DNA from: Chiloscyllium plagiosum
Taxonomy: Eukaryota
Length of the DNA: 64,000 nucleotides
NCBI RefSeq assembly: GCF_004010195.1
Contig: NC_057718.1
Coordinates: 43,399,970 to 43,463,969 of the forward strand
Direction: 5' to 3'
Both the position numbers and the translations under genes were made by a program. How positions within the stretch are numbered: position 1 is the stretch's first letter; each line of letters opens with the position of its first letter. A model generated the notes under the pieces. That model was not told the DNA's origin. It searched no databases and was given only the letters and a program-made list of their open reading frames with translations. Positions 50,955-62,894 of the stretch are shown here, piece after piece.

Positions 50955-51130
50955 AGCTACAGCAATGTTGGTAATACTTTTGTCTCGAAGTCAGAAGCTT
51001 ACTGGTTTAAGACCTTTTCTAGAGACTTAACCACACAAATGTATGCTGCCACTGCATTAAAGTACAGAGGAAATGTTTAACTGCCACTATTATAACTTCT
51101 ATGTTTTGGATGATGTCGTGACCAAGTGAG
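50955..51130 (+). mobile_element. Old Deu-domain SINE 5' part; probable 3' part at 52575-52770
   Basis: tRNA-like head ..gaagtcagaag..ggtttaag..agagactt..; the downstream piece has caatcaacatc..cagattat..ttggctgcc..cctgagg. Confidence 0.55.
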
Positions 51131-51374
51131 GAGGAAGAACTACTCCCCTCTTTCAGAACCTCTCTTGATCAGTCACAACATTTGTTTTCTTTCTGTTTAG
51201 CATGGAGCAATCGTACTTTAATTAAAATTGCGAGAAAATGAAGGTTGTTCATACAATTAGTTTTTTTCACTGAATGCAGCATTCTGAAATGTTGAGAAAA
51301 AGAGGCAGAGGCCAAAGTTATTTTTCCTTCTGTCTGGCTCTGTTGCTCAAAATTAGCTGTTAAAATAGAGTTCT

Positions 51375-52365
51375 AACCCAGCTCATCTCTAAACTCCAAG
51401 ACCTACAACTCTGCTCCCCCTTCTGCAACTGGATCCTTGACTTCCTGACTGCAATCAGGAAGGATAGGTGACAACACCTCCTCCACAATGATCCTCAACT
51501 CCAGTGCCCTGCAAGGCTGTATACTCAGCCCTTTACTGTATTTCTTATACACTCAAAACTGTGTGGCTGATTTTCAGTTCTAATTCCATTTACAAATTTG
51601 ATGACACTACCATGGTGGGTTGGATCTCAAACAATGAGATCCAACTACAAAAAGGAGATAGACAGCTTAGTGGTATGGTATAGACAATAATCTCTCCCCC
51701 AATATCAGCAAAATAAAGTTGCTGGTCATGATTCAGGAAGCAGAGTGGGAACACACCCCTGAGTATCAATGGTGCTGAGGTGCAGGTGGTTGACAGCTTC
51801 AAGTTCCTAGGAGTAAATACCATCAACAATCTGTCCTGGTCCATCATGTTCATGCTGCAGTCAAGAAAACATACTACTGCCTCTACTTCCTCAGAACACT
51901 AAGGAAATTCATCATGTCCACAATGACTCTTATCAATTTTTATAAGTGCACCATAGAAGGCATTGTGTCCGGATACATCACAGCTTGATATGGCAATTGC
52001 TCTGTCCAAGATCACAAGAAATTACGGAGATCAGTGAACACAGCCTAATCTATCATGAAAAACAGCCTTCCTTCCATTGAGTCTGGACAAAAATCACACA
52101 ACACCAGGTTATAGTCCAACAGGTTTATTTGGAAGTACTAGCTTTCAGAGCACTGCTCCTTCATCAGGGAACTAGTCCAGTAATCAGTTACCTGATGAAG
52201 GAGCAGTGCTCTGAAAGCTAGCACTTCCAAATAAACTTGTTGGACCATAACCTGGTATTGTGCGATTTTATATTTAATCTAAGGTATGATTAGCACACAA
52301 AACAATATTTTTCACTATCTCTTGGTACATGTGACAATACTAAATCAAATCAAATCAAATCAAAA
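51375..52365 (+). mobile_element. Rex1/Babar-type LINE RT fragment with (AAATC)n tail
   Basis: CNWILDFLT, QGCILSPLLYFLYT, KF.DTTMVG.I, SFKFLGV, FYKCTIE. Confidence 0.85.
52085..52270. mobile_element. Fold-back Penelope terminus (family B), hammerhead motif on each strand
   Basis: Arms at ~52090-52168 and 52191-52269; CTGATGA-A-GGAGC-AGT-GCTCT-GAAA-GC-TA. Confidence 0.9.
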
Positions 52366-52859
52366 ATAGTTCAGTGTGTATTCCAGAATCTAGCTCCATT
52401 GTTTTTCCAAGTTTGCTCACTGGCTGGTGTGTCATTCACATCCCAATTTGTAAAGTTATCAAACGCCAGTGAATGAAACAGGAAATGCAATTTTTTAAAT
52501 GTAGATTCAGTTGCCTGGTGTTTTCACAGATTGATATAAAAAGATTGTATATTACTGTTTTGAAGAAACATGTGAGGTGTCATGGTCACTACTTGTCTCT
52601 CAATCAACATCAAAAATACTGGCAGATTATTTGCTCCTGATCATGGGACCAAGTGTCTCCCAGTTGGCTGCCCCATTTTCTACATCACAATGTCAACTCC
52701 ACTTTTGGATGTAATGTGTTTTCAGTCATCCTGAGGATACATTGGAGATTAGATAAATACATTTCATTTTCTGAAGACAGTTTCACATAATTGCAGAAAT
52801 TAAATAAGAAAGCTGCTGTGCATGGTGCCAACAAAAGCCAAGCTTCTGAGTCTTTTAAA

Positions 52860-54540
52860 AATTAATCAGTGGACTCTGGGCATCGTTGGTTGAGCCAATA
52901 CTTATTGTTCACCCCTTTTTGCCCTTGAGAAGGTGGTGGTGAACTGTCTTCTTGAACTGCTGCATTCCGTTTAATGTAAGTGGACCCACTTTTCCATCAG
53001 GAAGGGATTTAATGAATTTGGACCCAGTGTACTGAAGGAATGCCAGCATATTTCCAAGTCTGGATAGTGAGTGGCTGGAGGAGAACAGTCGGGTTATTGT
53101 GTTCCTACGTATTGCTGCCCTTGTCCTCGTGGATGAAAGTAGTCATGGGTTTGGGAGGTGTTGATTAAGAAACCTAGGGGAATTCCTGCAGTGCACTTTG
53201 TCAATACTATACACTGCTGCTACTAAGCTTTTGTGATGGAGAAACTGAATATTTGTGGATATGATGCCAGTCAAGATATTTATTAAGCTTCTTGTTTATT
53301 GTTGGAGCAGAACTCATCCAGGCAAAAAGGAAGTGGTCCATCACATTCCTGACTTGTACCTTATTGATGGTGGATGGACTTTGTGGAGTTGAGGGTTGAG
53401 TTGATTGCTACAAAATTCCTACCCTCTAACCTGCTCTTGCAGTCACAGTATTTATATCGAATCGAATTAAGTTTCTGGTCAATGGGAACCCCCAGAATGT
53501 CAATAGTGGTGGATTAAGTGATGGTGATACCACTGAATATCAAAGGGTGATAGTTAGATTCTCTTGCTTGAGATGGTTGTTGCTTGGCATGAATATTATC
53601 TGCTACTTCCCAGACCAAACCTGAATATTTGGCTGCAAATTGTTTCAGTACTTGAAGAATCATGAATGGTGCTGAAAGTTGTGCAGTCATCCCCACTTCT
53701 GACCTTAAAATGGAGAGAAGCTCATTGATGAAACAGCTGAAGATGGTTGAGCCTAGGACACTACACTGAGGAACTCCTGCAGAGATGGCCTGGAGCTGAG
53801 ATGGCTGATCTCCAACAACCACAACCTTGCTAGATGACACATTTGGTTAAATGCAGCCTTGATGTCAAGTGCTGTCACACTCACCTTATCTCTGGAATTC
53901 AGCTCTTTTGTTCATGTTGAACCACAGTTGTAATGACGTCAAGAGCTGAGTGATCCAGGTTTAAATCTAAACTAAGCATCATAGCAGGCTCTCACTAAGC
54001 AACAGTTACTTGATAGCACTCTTGAACACCTTCCATCACTTTCCTGATGAATGAGAGTAGACTGACAGGATGGTAATAGGTTGGACTTGGTTTTTCTTAC
54101 TCTTTGCGTACAGGACATACCTGCTCAACTTTTGACATTGTTGTGTAGATGCTACTGTCGTAGCTGTGCTGGAACAATTTGGTTAGGGGCAGGTTATGGG
54201 AGGGTTTGGAGCACAAATCTTCAGTGGTATGCTGCAACATTGTTAGGGTCCATTGCAGAATTCACAGCCTCCATTATTCCTTGATATCACATTGGAATGA
54301 ATTGATTTGGTTGCAGACCGGCATCTGTATTGCTGGGGACCTCTGGAGGAGACAGTGAAGAATCATCCACTCAGCACCTAACTGAAGATTATTGAAATAT
54401 TTCCTTTATATTGTGTGCTGGCTGATGGGAATGTTTGTGGATCCTCCTTTTTCAGTAAGTGGTTTAATTGTCCATCATTTTAATGACGAGACGTTATAGG
54501 ATAGCAAAGCTGAGGCATGATTGTTTCAATGTAAAATCAT
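52860..54540 (-). mobile_element. CR1/L2-superclade LINE, RT to 3' end
   Basis: LDIKAAF, GVPQCSVLGSTIFSCFINEL. Confidence 0.85.
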
Positions 54541-54566
54541 TAGTCCAATCTTTCACTTACTTATAA

Positions 54567-54702
54567 ATTGCTGTTGATGCTCCATGTAACTGATTTTGGA
54601 GATTCTGGGAAGTGTCTGGGAACAAGTTGCCTGCTCTGAGGATGAAAGTGAGTGGAGGATCATTCGCAATTTATTCAGATGTTTGGATTTACAAAAAAAA
54701 AA
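54567..54702 (+). pseudogene. Candidate decayed exon
   Basis: Pyrimidine tract ending AA instead of AG; donor A|gtgagt; FWRFWEVSGNKLPALRMKVSGGSFAIYSDVWIYKK. Confidence 0.4.
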
Positions 54703-54958
54703 GTGAGTTCAGTTTTCTAACAGAATACAATAGATTAGGAAAAAGAAAATGATTAAAAACTTCAATGTAGAAATCCATATGGAACTGGAAAAATACAACC
54801 TTTCACTTCAAACTAAATTGTGCCCAATGTTGGCATTCTAGATAGAACTAACATTTATCGCTCATTCCTAAGTGCACTTGAGAAAGTTGTGGTGAGCTTC
54901 CTTTGTAGCAACTGCTTAAAATATTCATTGTTTTTCAGCATTATTAACAATGCTAGTA

Positions 54959-55275
54959 CAGTTAGAAAATCCTTTATCCGAAATGTTCAGGACCAGCTGT
55001 TTCTCGGAATTCGGAATTTTTCGGTTTTCAGAATGTGACAATTTAATGGTGAGATTTTTAAAAATCTTACTGGAGAAGCTGACTTATAACTAAGAACGAG
55101 CTTGGCCACCAGCAACCCCCCCAACCCCACCATGTCACATCTGAGTGACACACATTGAGTGGGTGTTGACTTGGGTTAACTATTTGCTCGCCAAACAAGC
55201 TTGTTAATGAGAAAAAACCTTCAGATTTCAGAGCTTTCTGGTTTTTGGATGTTTGGATAAAGGATCTTCTACCTG
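54959..55275. mobile_element. Tc1/mariner (pogo/Tigger-type) MITE
   Basis: TIRs CAGTTAGAAAATCCTTTATCCGAA and reverse complement CAGGTAGAAGATCCTTTATCCAAA; TA on both sides. Confidence 0.88.
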
Positions 55276-55279
55276 TATT

Positions 55280-55800
55280 GGTTGTTCATCCCGAATTCCC
55301 TCCAGTAGGTGGTAGTGAACTGCATTTTTTTGAACTGCTTCAGTCCATAGTACTGTAGCTTCATGAGTTCCAGAATTTTGACCAATCAATGTTAAAGAAA
55401 CAGTAATATATTTCCAGGTTAGGATGGGAGGGAAACTTATGGATGGTCATGTTTTTATGTACTTGCTATTCTTGTCCTTCCAGGTACTAGGGGTGGTGAG
55501 TTTGAAAATATTGTCAAAGAATATGAGGCACATTACTGTGCAAGAGTACACCACAGGAGCAGGAAATGAAAAGCTTAAGATGGTGGATGAAGCGCAAATC
55601 AAGCAGGCCACTTTGTCTTGGATGGTGCCAAGCTTTTTATGTGTTCTTAGACCTCATGGATCGAGGCAAATGAACAATATTCCATTGCACTTTTGATTTG
55701 GTACTTGGAAATAGTATCAGTATGGTTGACCACATTACTGCTGGTCATTGCCGACCTCAGGATGTTGATGGTGATGATGATAATTCCCATATTTTGCCAA
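55280..55800 (-). mobile_element. Degenerate LINE 3' fragment (52860 family)
   Basis: Aligns by eye with 52900-53530. Confidence 0.65.
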
Positions 55801-55974
55801 ATAAGAGACAATCAAGTTGCTTGTAAGCCTGGACTCCAATATGGATCAGCCCAGGAAAGAAACACAATAAATTAAAAGCATTTTTACACAACATAGCCAC
55901 CATTAATGACCCTTACTTTTAATCCCAGATGTTTTTAATTTATTCATTTATGTTGGGTAGAGTTAATGAACAGC

Positions 55975-58705
55975 AAAGGAAAGAAGACCCTGAAGGGAGT
56001 TTCGTGGCCTCCTAGCAATAGTTAGGATGTGGGACAGAAAATAAATTAGGAGATAAAAAGGTATGCAAGAAAGGTACAATTACAATAATCATGAGGGACT
56101 TCAATATGCAAGTGGAAAGGGAAAATTTGGTTGTTAATGGATCCCAAGGAAACATGGAATGTCTGTGAAATGGATTTGATGTGGCTTGAGTTAGAGCTCA
56201 TTAGGGAACAGGCAATTCTGGATTTGACAAGGCAGATTTGATTATGAAGCTTAAGGTGAAGGAACCCCTGGGGACCAGTGACCACAATATGATAGAATTC
56301 AAACTGCAGTTTGAGAAGAAGTTTGAATCAAATGTTGCAGTATTACAATTGAGTAAAGGTAACTATAATGACATGAGGGAAAGGCTGACTAGAGTTGATT
56401 ATAAGTGGAGACTGTCAGAGAAGATGTTGTGCACCAGTGCTAAGAGTTTCTGGGGGTAACTTGTGAGGCTTAGCATAAATCCATAGCAAGGAAGAAGAAG
56501 CATACTAAGTGGAAAATGAGGCAACTGTGGCTGAAAAGGGAAGTTAGGGACAGCAGAAATACAAAAGAAAAAGCAGACAAAGTTGGTGAAGATAAGTGGG
56601 AAGCCAGAGGATTGGGAAGCCATTAGAAACTAACTAAGGAAAAGTAAAAAAGCAATAAGGGGGAGAATATAAAATATGAAGGTAAGCTAGCTCGTAATGT
56701 AATATTTTAAAATATATAAAATGTAAGAGAGAGGCAAAAGTGTACATTGGACCATGGGAACACGAGGCTGGAGAAGTAGTAATGGGGAATAAAGAAATGG
56801 CAAAGGAACTGAACAGGTTCTTTGCATTATTCTTCATGATGGATGTCAACAGTAGCATACCAGATCTTCAAGACAGTAAGGGGGAAGAGTTGAGCATAGT
56901 GGCCATCATTAAGGAGAAGGTGCTGGATATACTGAAAGGTCTGATGGTGGATAAATCTCCTCGACAAGATGGACTACACCGTGGGGTTTTGAAGGAGATA
57001 GCTAAGGAGATTTTGGGTCTATTGGAGGTGATGTTTCAGGAATTATGAAAGTCACTGAGGGTCTTGGAAAACTGGAAAAACAGTAATATACCACACCAAG
57101 AGAGTAATATACCACACCTGTTTAAAAAAGTGAGGGAGGCAGAAGATAGGAAATTGTAGACTGGTTAGCCTGGCCTGGATCTTTGGTTAGATTTTCAAAT
57201 TCATTGCTAAGGATTAGATTGCAAAGCACTTGGAGGTGTGTGGTAAAACAGGGCTGAGTCAGCATGAATATACAAGGCAAGGTCATGCCTGACAACTATA
57301 TTTGAATTTCTTAAGGAGATAACAAGCAAATTAGACAAGGAGAACTAGTGGACGTGATCCATTCAGGTTTCCAGAAGGCCTTTGACAAGATGCTGCACAT
57401 GAAAGAGCTCAATAAGACAAGACCCCATGGTGTTAGGGGCACAGTGCAGGCATGGCTGACTGGCTGACTGGCAGAAGGTAAAGAGTGGGCAATAAAGCGT
57501 TTTTTTCAGGATGGCGTCTGTTGACTAATGGAATTTCACAAGGGTCAGTGTTGGGACTACAACAATCCATGTTAAATACTAATGATCTAGATCAAGGAAC
57601 TGAGGGCATTGCTACTTCATTTGCAGATGATACAAAGATAGGTGGAGGGGCTAGTGGTGTGGGGGAAGCAGGGAGGCTGCAGAAGGAGTTGGAAAGGCTA
57701 GGAGACTGGCAAAGAAGTTGCAGATGGAATATAGTTTGGGAAAGTGTGAGACTATGCATTTCGGTAGAAGCATAGACACGCAGACTATTTTCTAAATGTT
57801 GAAAGGCTTTGGCTATCTGAAGCGCAAAGCAACTTAGGAGATCTGGTTCAGAATTCCCTTAAGGTTAACATGCAAGTTCAGTTGGCAATTAGGAAGGTGA
57901 ATGCAAAATTAGCATTCATTTCAAGAGGGCTAGGGCAGGCATATACTGCTGGGGTTGTGTAAGTCTCTTGTCAGACTGTAATTGTAGGAGAAAGTGAGGT
58001 CTGCAGATGCTGGAGATCAGAGCTGAAAATGTGTTGCTGGAAAAGCGCAGCAGGTCAGGCAGCATCCAGGGAACAGGAGAATCGACGTTTCGGGCATAAG
58101 CCCTTCTTCATGGATGCTGCCTGACCTGCTGCGCTTTTCCAGCAACACATTTTCAGACTGTTATTGTAATATTGTGAGCAGTTTTGGGTACTGTATCTAA
58201 GGAAGAATGGGCTGGCGTTGGAGCAGTTCTAGAGGACGTTTATAAGAATGATCCCAGGAATGAAGGGCTTGTCAACTGAGGGTGGTGGTTGAGGACTGTG
58301 GGGTCAGTACTCAATGGAGTCTAGAAGGATGAGAGGGAATCGCATTGAAACTTAGAACACTGAGAAACCTGGATAGAGTGGATGTGGAAAGGTGTTTCCA
58401 TAGGTAGGAGAGACTGGGACCTGAGAGCACTGTCTCAGTATGAAGGGGTGACCCTTTGGAACTAAGATGGGGAGGAATGTCTTCAGCCAGAGGGTGGTGA
58501 ATCTGTAGAACTCATTACCGCAGAGGTTTGCGGATACCAATTCATTGAGTATATTTAAGACAGGTTTTTGATTAATAAGGGGATCAAGAATTATGAGGCA
58601 GAAAGCAGGAAAATGGGGTTGAGAAACATATCAGCCATGCTTGAATGATGGAGCAGACTCATTGGGCCAAATGGCCTAATTCAGCTCCTATATCTTTTGG
58701 CCTTA
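55975..58705 (+). mobile_element. CR1 LINE ORF2 (endonuclease end to 3' UTR), degenerate
   Basis: EPLGTSDHNMIEF, DKSP..DGLH..VLKE, FQKAFDK, QGSVLG, FADDTKIGG. Confidence 0.93.
57986..58156. mobile_element. Family A fold-back element in CR1, TSD of about 16 bp
   Basis: tcagactgtaattgta (57971-57986) / tcagactgttattgta (58153-58168); near-perfect inverted arms. Confidence 0.92.
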
Positions 58706-59115
58706 CTTAGAAATTTTTAATTCTCCAGTGCTATAGTTGCATTTATAATCATTAGGGATACAACTTTACATTTAAGAATATGTAGGGAGTTGGGTGGGTG
58801 CCTGGCAGGGGTATCGATTAATGGTTTAATGGTATGTGAGTAAAAATTTGTCGATTAGAAATACACAGTGATTTGGGTGTAAGTCCAACAGTCCAACAGG
58901 CTGGGTCAGGTAGGGATGGAGAATTTAACAGTAATATTGTGTCAGAGAATAATAGTAATAGAAGCATATAATTAAAAGCTCTTTGCCTAATTATGCAGAG
59001 CATTCAGAATTAAAAAGTCAAATAGTTAAATAGTTTAGATTTATTCCTCGAGACATGGTTACAAAGTGACTAAGTTTGGAAAGCAACATTCCACTAATTA
59101 CTTTTCCTTTTGTAT

Positions 59116-59210
59116 GGATGTCTAAGGTCTGTGTATCTGAGTGATGTTTGGATTCAGATGTCAATGCTGTGAATGGTGTTGATTTGCTCATTGCCATGTG
59201 CGGACCTTTG
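59116..59210 (+). pseudogene. Candidate decayed exon
   Basis: After cttttccttttgtat; CLRSVYLSDV, then a frameshift to NAVNGVDLLIAMCGP; splice dinucleotides are degenerate. Confidence 0.35.
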
Positions 59211-59239
59211 AGTGACCATACAGCTTAAAGGGAATGTTG

Positions 59240-59345
59240 AAACTAAAACAGAAATTGCTGGATATACGCAGCAGGTCTAGCAGCATTTGTGGAGAGAAAG
59301 CAGAATTAAATGTTTTGGGTTCCAGTGACCCTTCTTCAGAACTTT
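59240..59345 (-). mobile_element. Older Penelope-type terminus with degenerate hammerhead; related piece at 62723-62770
   Basis: Minus strand CTGAAGA-A-GGGTCACTGGAACCC-AAAA-CATT. Confidence 0.65.
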
Positions 59346-59399
59346 ATTTTTGATGGGAGTACTGTCAGGAAGTGAATATTATAGGATATGCAGCATTGT

Positions 59400-60420
59400 A
59401 GTGTGTAAAAGCAGGAGATAGCAAAGGATGAAATCAAAATGGGAGTGGGAAAGGATCTTGACTAAGAATATCAAGAAGTAAAATTAGTAAATGTAAAATT
59501 AAAAAATAGAAGGGATTAAAAAACACCAGGTGTAGTTTATAGGGCCCATAATAATGATTATAGCATTGGATTTAACATTTAGCAAGAAATAATTGGAGCT
59601 TGTAATCAAAGGTTATATAATAAATGTGGGGTCTTTAATTTTCATACTGATTGAACCAGTGGAATTGGAAAAGGTGGTTTTGAAGGTGAGTTTTTAGAAT
59701 GTTATTGTGATAGTTTCTTGAAAAGATACATTGCAGAAACAGCCAGTGATTAAATTATTTTAGTTTCAGTGAGGCATTTTTTTTAACAATCTCAGAGAGA
59801 AAGATCGTTTCGCAAACTGTGATCATAATACAGTAAACTTGCATATTAATGTTGAAAGTCATGAACTTGACTTACATACAAGGATCTTAAGCCAATAACA
59901 TCAATACGAATTCAACGTTGGTGAAGTTTGATTTGGTAAATAGACTAAAACGCATGGTGATAAACAAAAAAAGGAAACAGTTAAAGAAACGATTCAACTC
60001 ATCAACATTCCATAAAAAATAACTCTGCAAGAGTTCCCGTACCAGGAAAGTTCAGGATTGCATTAGCTGAAAACAAAAGACTAATAACATTTCAAAGAGC
60101 AGTAGTAAACATGAAAATTGCAAGAATAAAAAAAAGCAAATCATCAAAAAGTCGATAAAGCTAGAAAACAACGATTTTGAGAGAAAACTGTCCAAGAACA
60201 CAAAAGCATTTTGTAAGAGTCTTTAAAATATATAAAAAGATGAGTAACTAATATAAATGTTGGTCCCTTTGAAACAGAGACATGAAAAATTATCAGAGGG
60301 ACTGAGGATATGGCAGCAGTGCTGAACAAATATTTTTTGTCTGTCTTCAAAGTCAAGGACACTAACTGAATATTGGAATGAGAGGATAATTGAGGGGCCA
60401 ATTAGATTGAAGAACTGAGA
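59400..60420 (+). mobile_element. Old CR1 endonuclease-region fragment
   Basis: GVVYRAH, DHNTV, VLNKYFLSVF. Confidence 0.65.
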
Positions 60421-62894
60421 CTTGACTATTTACCATCTTTGGTGGAATTTTTCTATTTTCAGATTGTATTTTGTTTAATGAGGTTCAATGGTGGCTGATC
60501 TACCATGACTGGGAGTGATATTTCTTACTCAGTCTTCTGCACTTCATCTCATTAATAATCCAGGTGAGCTCTTGGATGCCCTTCTTGGGTAATAGTGCAG
60601 TAGGAGGGGTGGAAGTGCTTTTATACTGCTGGTGTTATATTTAAACTGAAGCTGTACACCACTTTTGACACTGAAAGCCAGGAACTACCCTTCACTATAG
60701 ACAGGGGGAGATACTGGTGGATGGGGTACTGTGGAAGGGGCAGTTGTCCTCTTTACATCTGACTATGACAGCAGGCCACACCACTAAATCAAACTAGCCT
60801 GGAAACTGATTGGAGCCCATGTCAGTAAGGTGAGACGCTCAGTGGTATATAAAGAAGGTCAATGACTACCTCAATTTCAAAGGGCCATCATTCTCTCTCA
60901 GTTTGCTATTGCACAAATGTCCTTCCAAAACTCATGGACTACAGCTCTCAGTATTGCCTATATCATGTCATTCACACACCTCCACCTCCCAAACTATGAA
61001 CCCTTCCCACTATCTGTGTTTCCGACTCGTTCACTTGGGACATCTAATTACCCCTCTTGCTCCTGCATCGGCAATAACGGCGTGTCCATCCACTTCCATT
61101 AAATCTTGGTATTCTTTAGTGGTACTCACCACACCCCCTCCCCCCCAGCCCCCGACATACTGTATTCCTGCTTTACCCGACTAAGGATTGTTCCCCTTTG
61201 ACTTTAACACTCGTAGTGCAATGTTGAAAAACCATCTCCACAATCTCATAGAGTGGCATGTCCATCCCATTAAATGCTCAGTGCTCCCTACCATAACAAA
61301 CTGCCTGTCTCTCCATCTGAGCCATGCAAACCACAGAGGCAGGCAGTCTGTTAAGTTAGTGCTAGAGTCAGTGAGCCTGCTCAAAGAAAAGCAAATGCGA
61401 AGCATACAGAAGTTGACAGTTTTAAGTAAGAGCTTGCAAGGAAAGCAAACGAAGTTTGATACGATGCGTCCTAATCATTTACATAAGATGCAGATGTATT
61501 CCTCCATGCAGAAGCATGGAATACTAGGTGATCACGAACTCTAGAATAAAGTGTTAAAGGCTGAAAGTTGGACCGAGAACATGTTTGATAATATGGTAAG
61601 GCTGGTGGTTTGCTGAACCAACTTGAGTGAATGAGCAGTTGTAAAAGATGGAAGCCTTGGAGCGTGTAGGGATACTGTTGTGAAGAAACAATTGAGCAAT
61701 GGGTCAGACAACTGTTCAGTAAGCTGCAGAATATGCAGAATACCTAATCTGATTTACAAGTCAGGAATTTGCACCATCTCGGTTCTCAGTAAAGATGAGG
61801 AGAAATGAAAGAGGTCATGAGAAGAATTGAGCTTTAAAAGAAGGAAATGCGTGAAAATAAAATTGACACTGTTAATGGCAAGGTTTCAAAATTGCCATTT
61901 AAGACTTGTACAGAAATTTACAAAAGTTGTTGTCAATGCTAATATTTGGATTTTTCATTCTCTCTGTGGCTTCCTTACTTTCTTGCCATTGCCGTGTGCA
62001 CATCAGGTAGGGGACATTTCCACCCTACAATAACGATGTTGATGCAGAGACTGAGAGAGTATGTTTCAGCTTGTTAGTGACTTATTTTTCATTTATATAG
62101 CTGGCACAGCAGGGGTAATTTAATTTGAGGTTAATCATCCATTCAGTAGCTTCAGCTGATGCTGTGTGAATGGTTGTGCTGCCACCAGAAATGGGCCTGT
62201 CAGGGCGTAAAAGTTTACCCTGTGGGTGAGGGTCTGATTTGGAAAGCCCCAGTCTAAAATTAAACAATATCTCAAGTTCCACATGTGGAAGCAGTGACCT
62301 CATTCTCCCCAGCCTGTCCTCAAGTGAGTAAGGATTATCTAGGTTTATTGTGTAAAGTTGAGACCTGTGACCTCACCATTCTGTTGATTTACCAGGTTCC
62401 AGTTGGTGATATTCTCATTCACACATTGAGTTTCTGTTGCCAGTCTGTGGAATGCATTCCTGCAGGGACTATGGGACTTTAGACAGTGCGCAGGGTTTTT
62501 TTTGAGGTCCTGTGTCAATGGCAGTGATTTGTGAGCTGTAGGCTAATGGTATTCTTTGAGGAGGATGCTTAACCCATGAAAATGACATTCAATATGTGCT
62601 AGCTTAGAGAGCCATTCATACTTTGTTGATCTCAACATGCCAGAATTAACTCTCCAGGATTTCCAGAGGTGAATATCCATCACATTTGAATGTCAGCCCC
62701 TGGGACAGGTTAAGGAACATTCCAAAAATAGAAATTACTGGAGAAACTCAGCAGGTCTGGCAGCATCTGATATTTCGCTTGCTGGTTGGTACACCAGGTT
62801 GAATGAAGTAATGTAATGGCTCTGGTGCCCCAAATGGTATTGACCAGCTTCTACATGAGATTCACTGTCATCATGACATTTTTTTTATTATAGG

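Larger units (their letters stand above)
12428..59210 (+). pseudogene. Candidate decayed multi-exon WD40-repeat gene (WDR87/WDR97-like hypothesis)
   Basis: Series of + strand unique segments with AG/GT boundaries and WD40-like peptides broken by stops or frameshifts (listed separately below). Confidence 0.55.

Noticed and set aside
57082..57118. Local ~21-bp tandem duplications here and at 14816-14856
   Set aside because: These are ordinary slippage events inside dead LINE sequence.
60430..62300. Moderately GC-rich unexplained segment with short ORFs
   Set aside because: It may be an old DNA transposon, but I could not identify TIRs or protein motifs with confidence.
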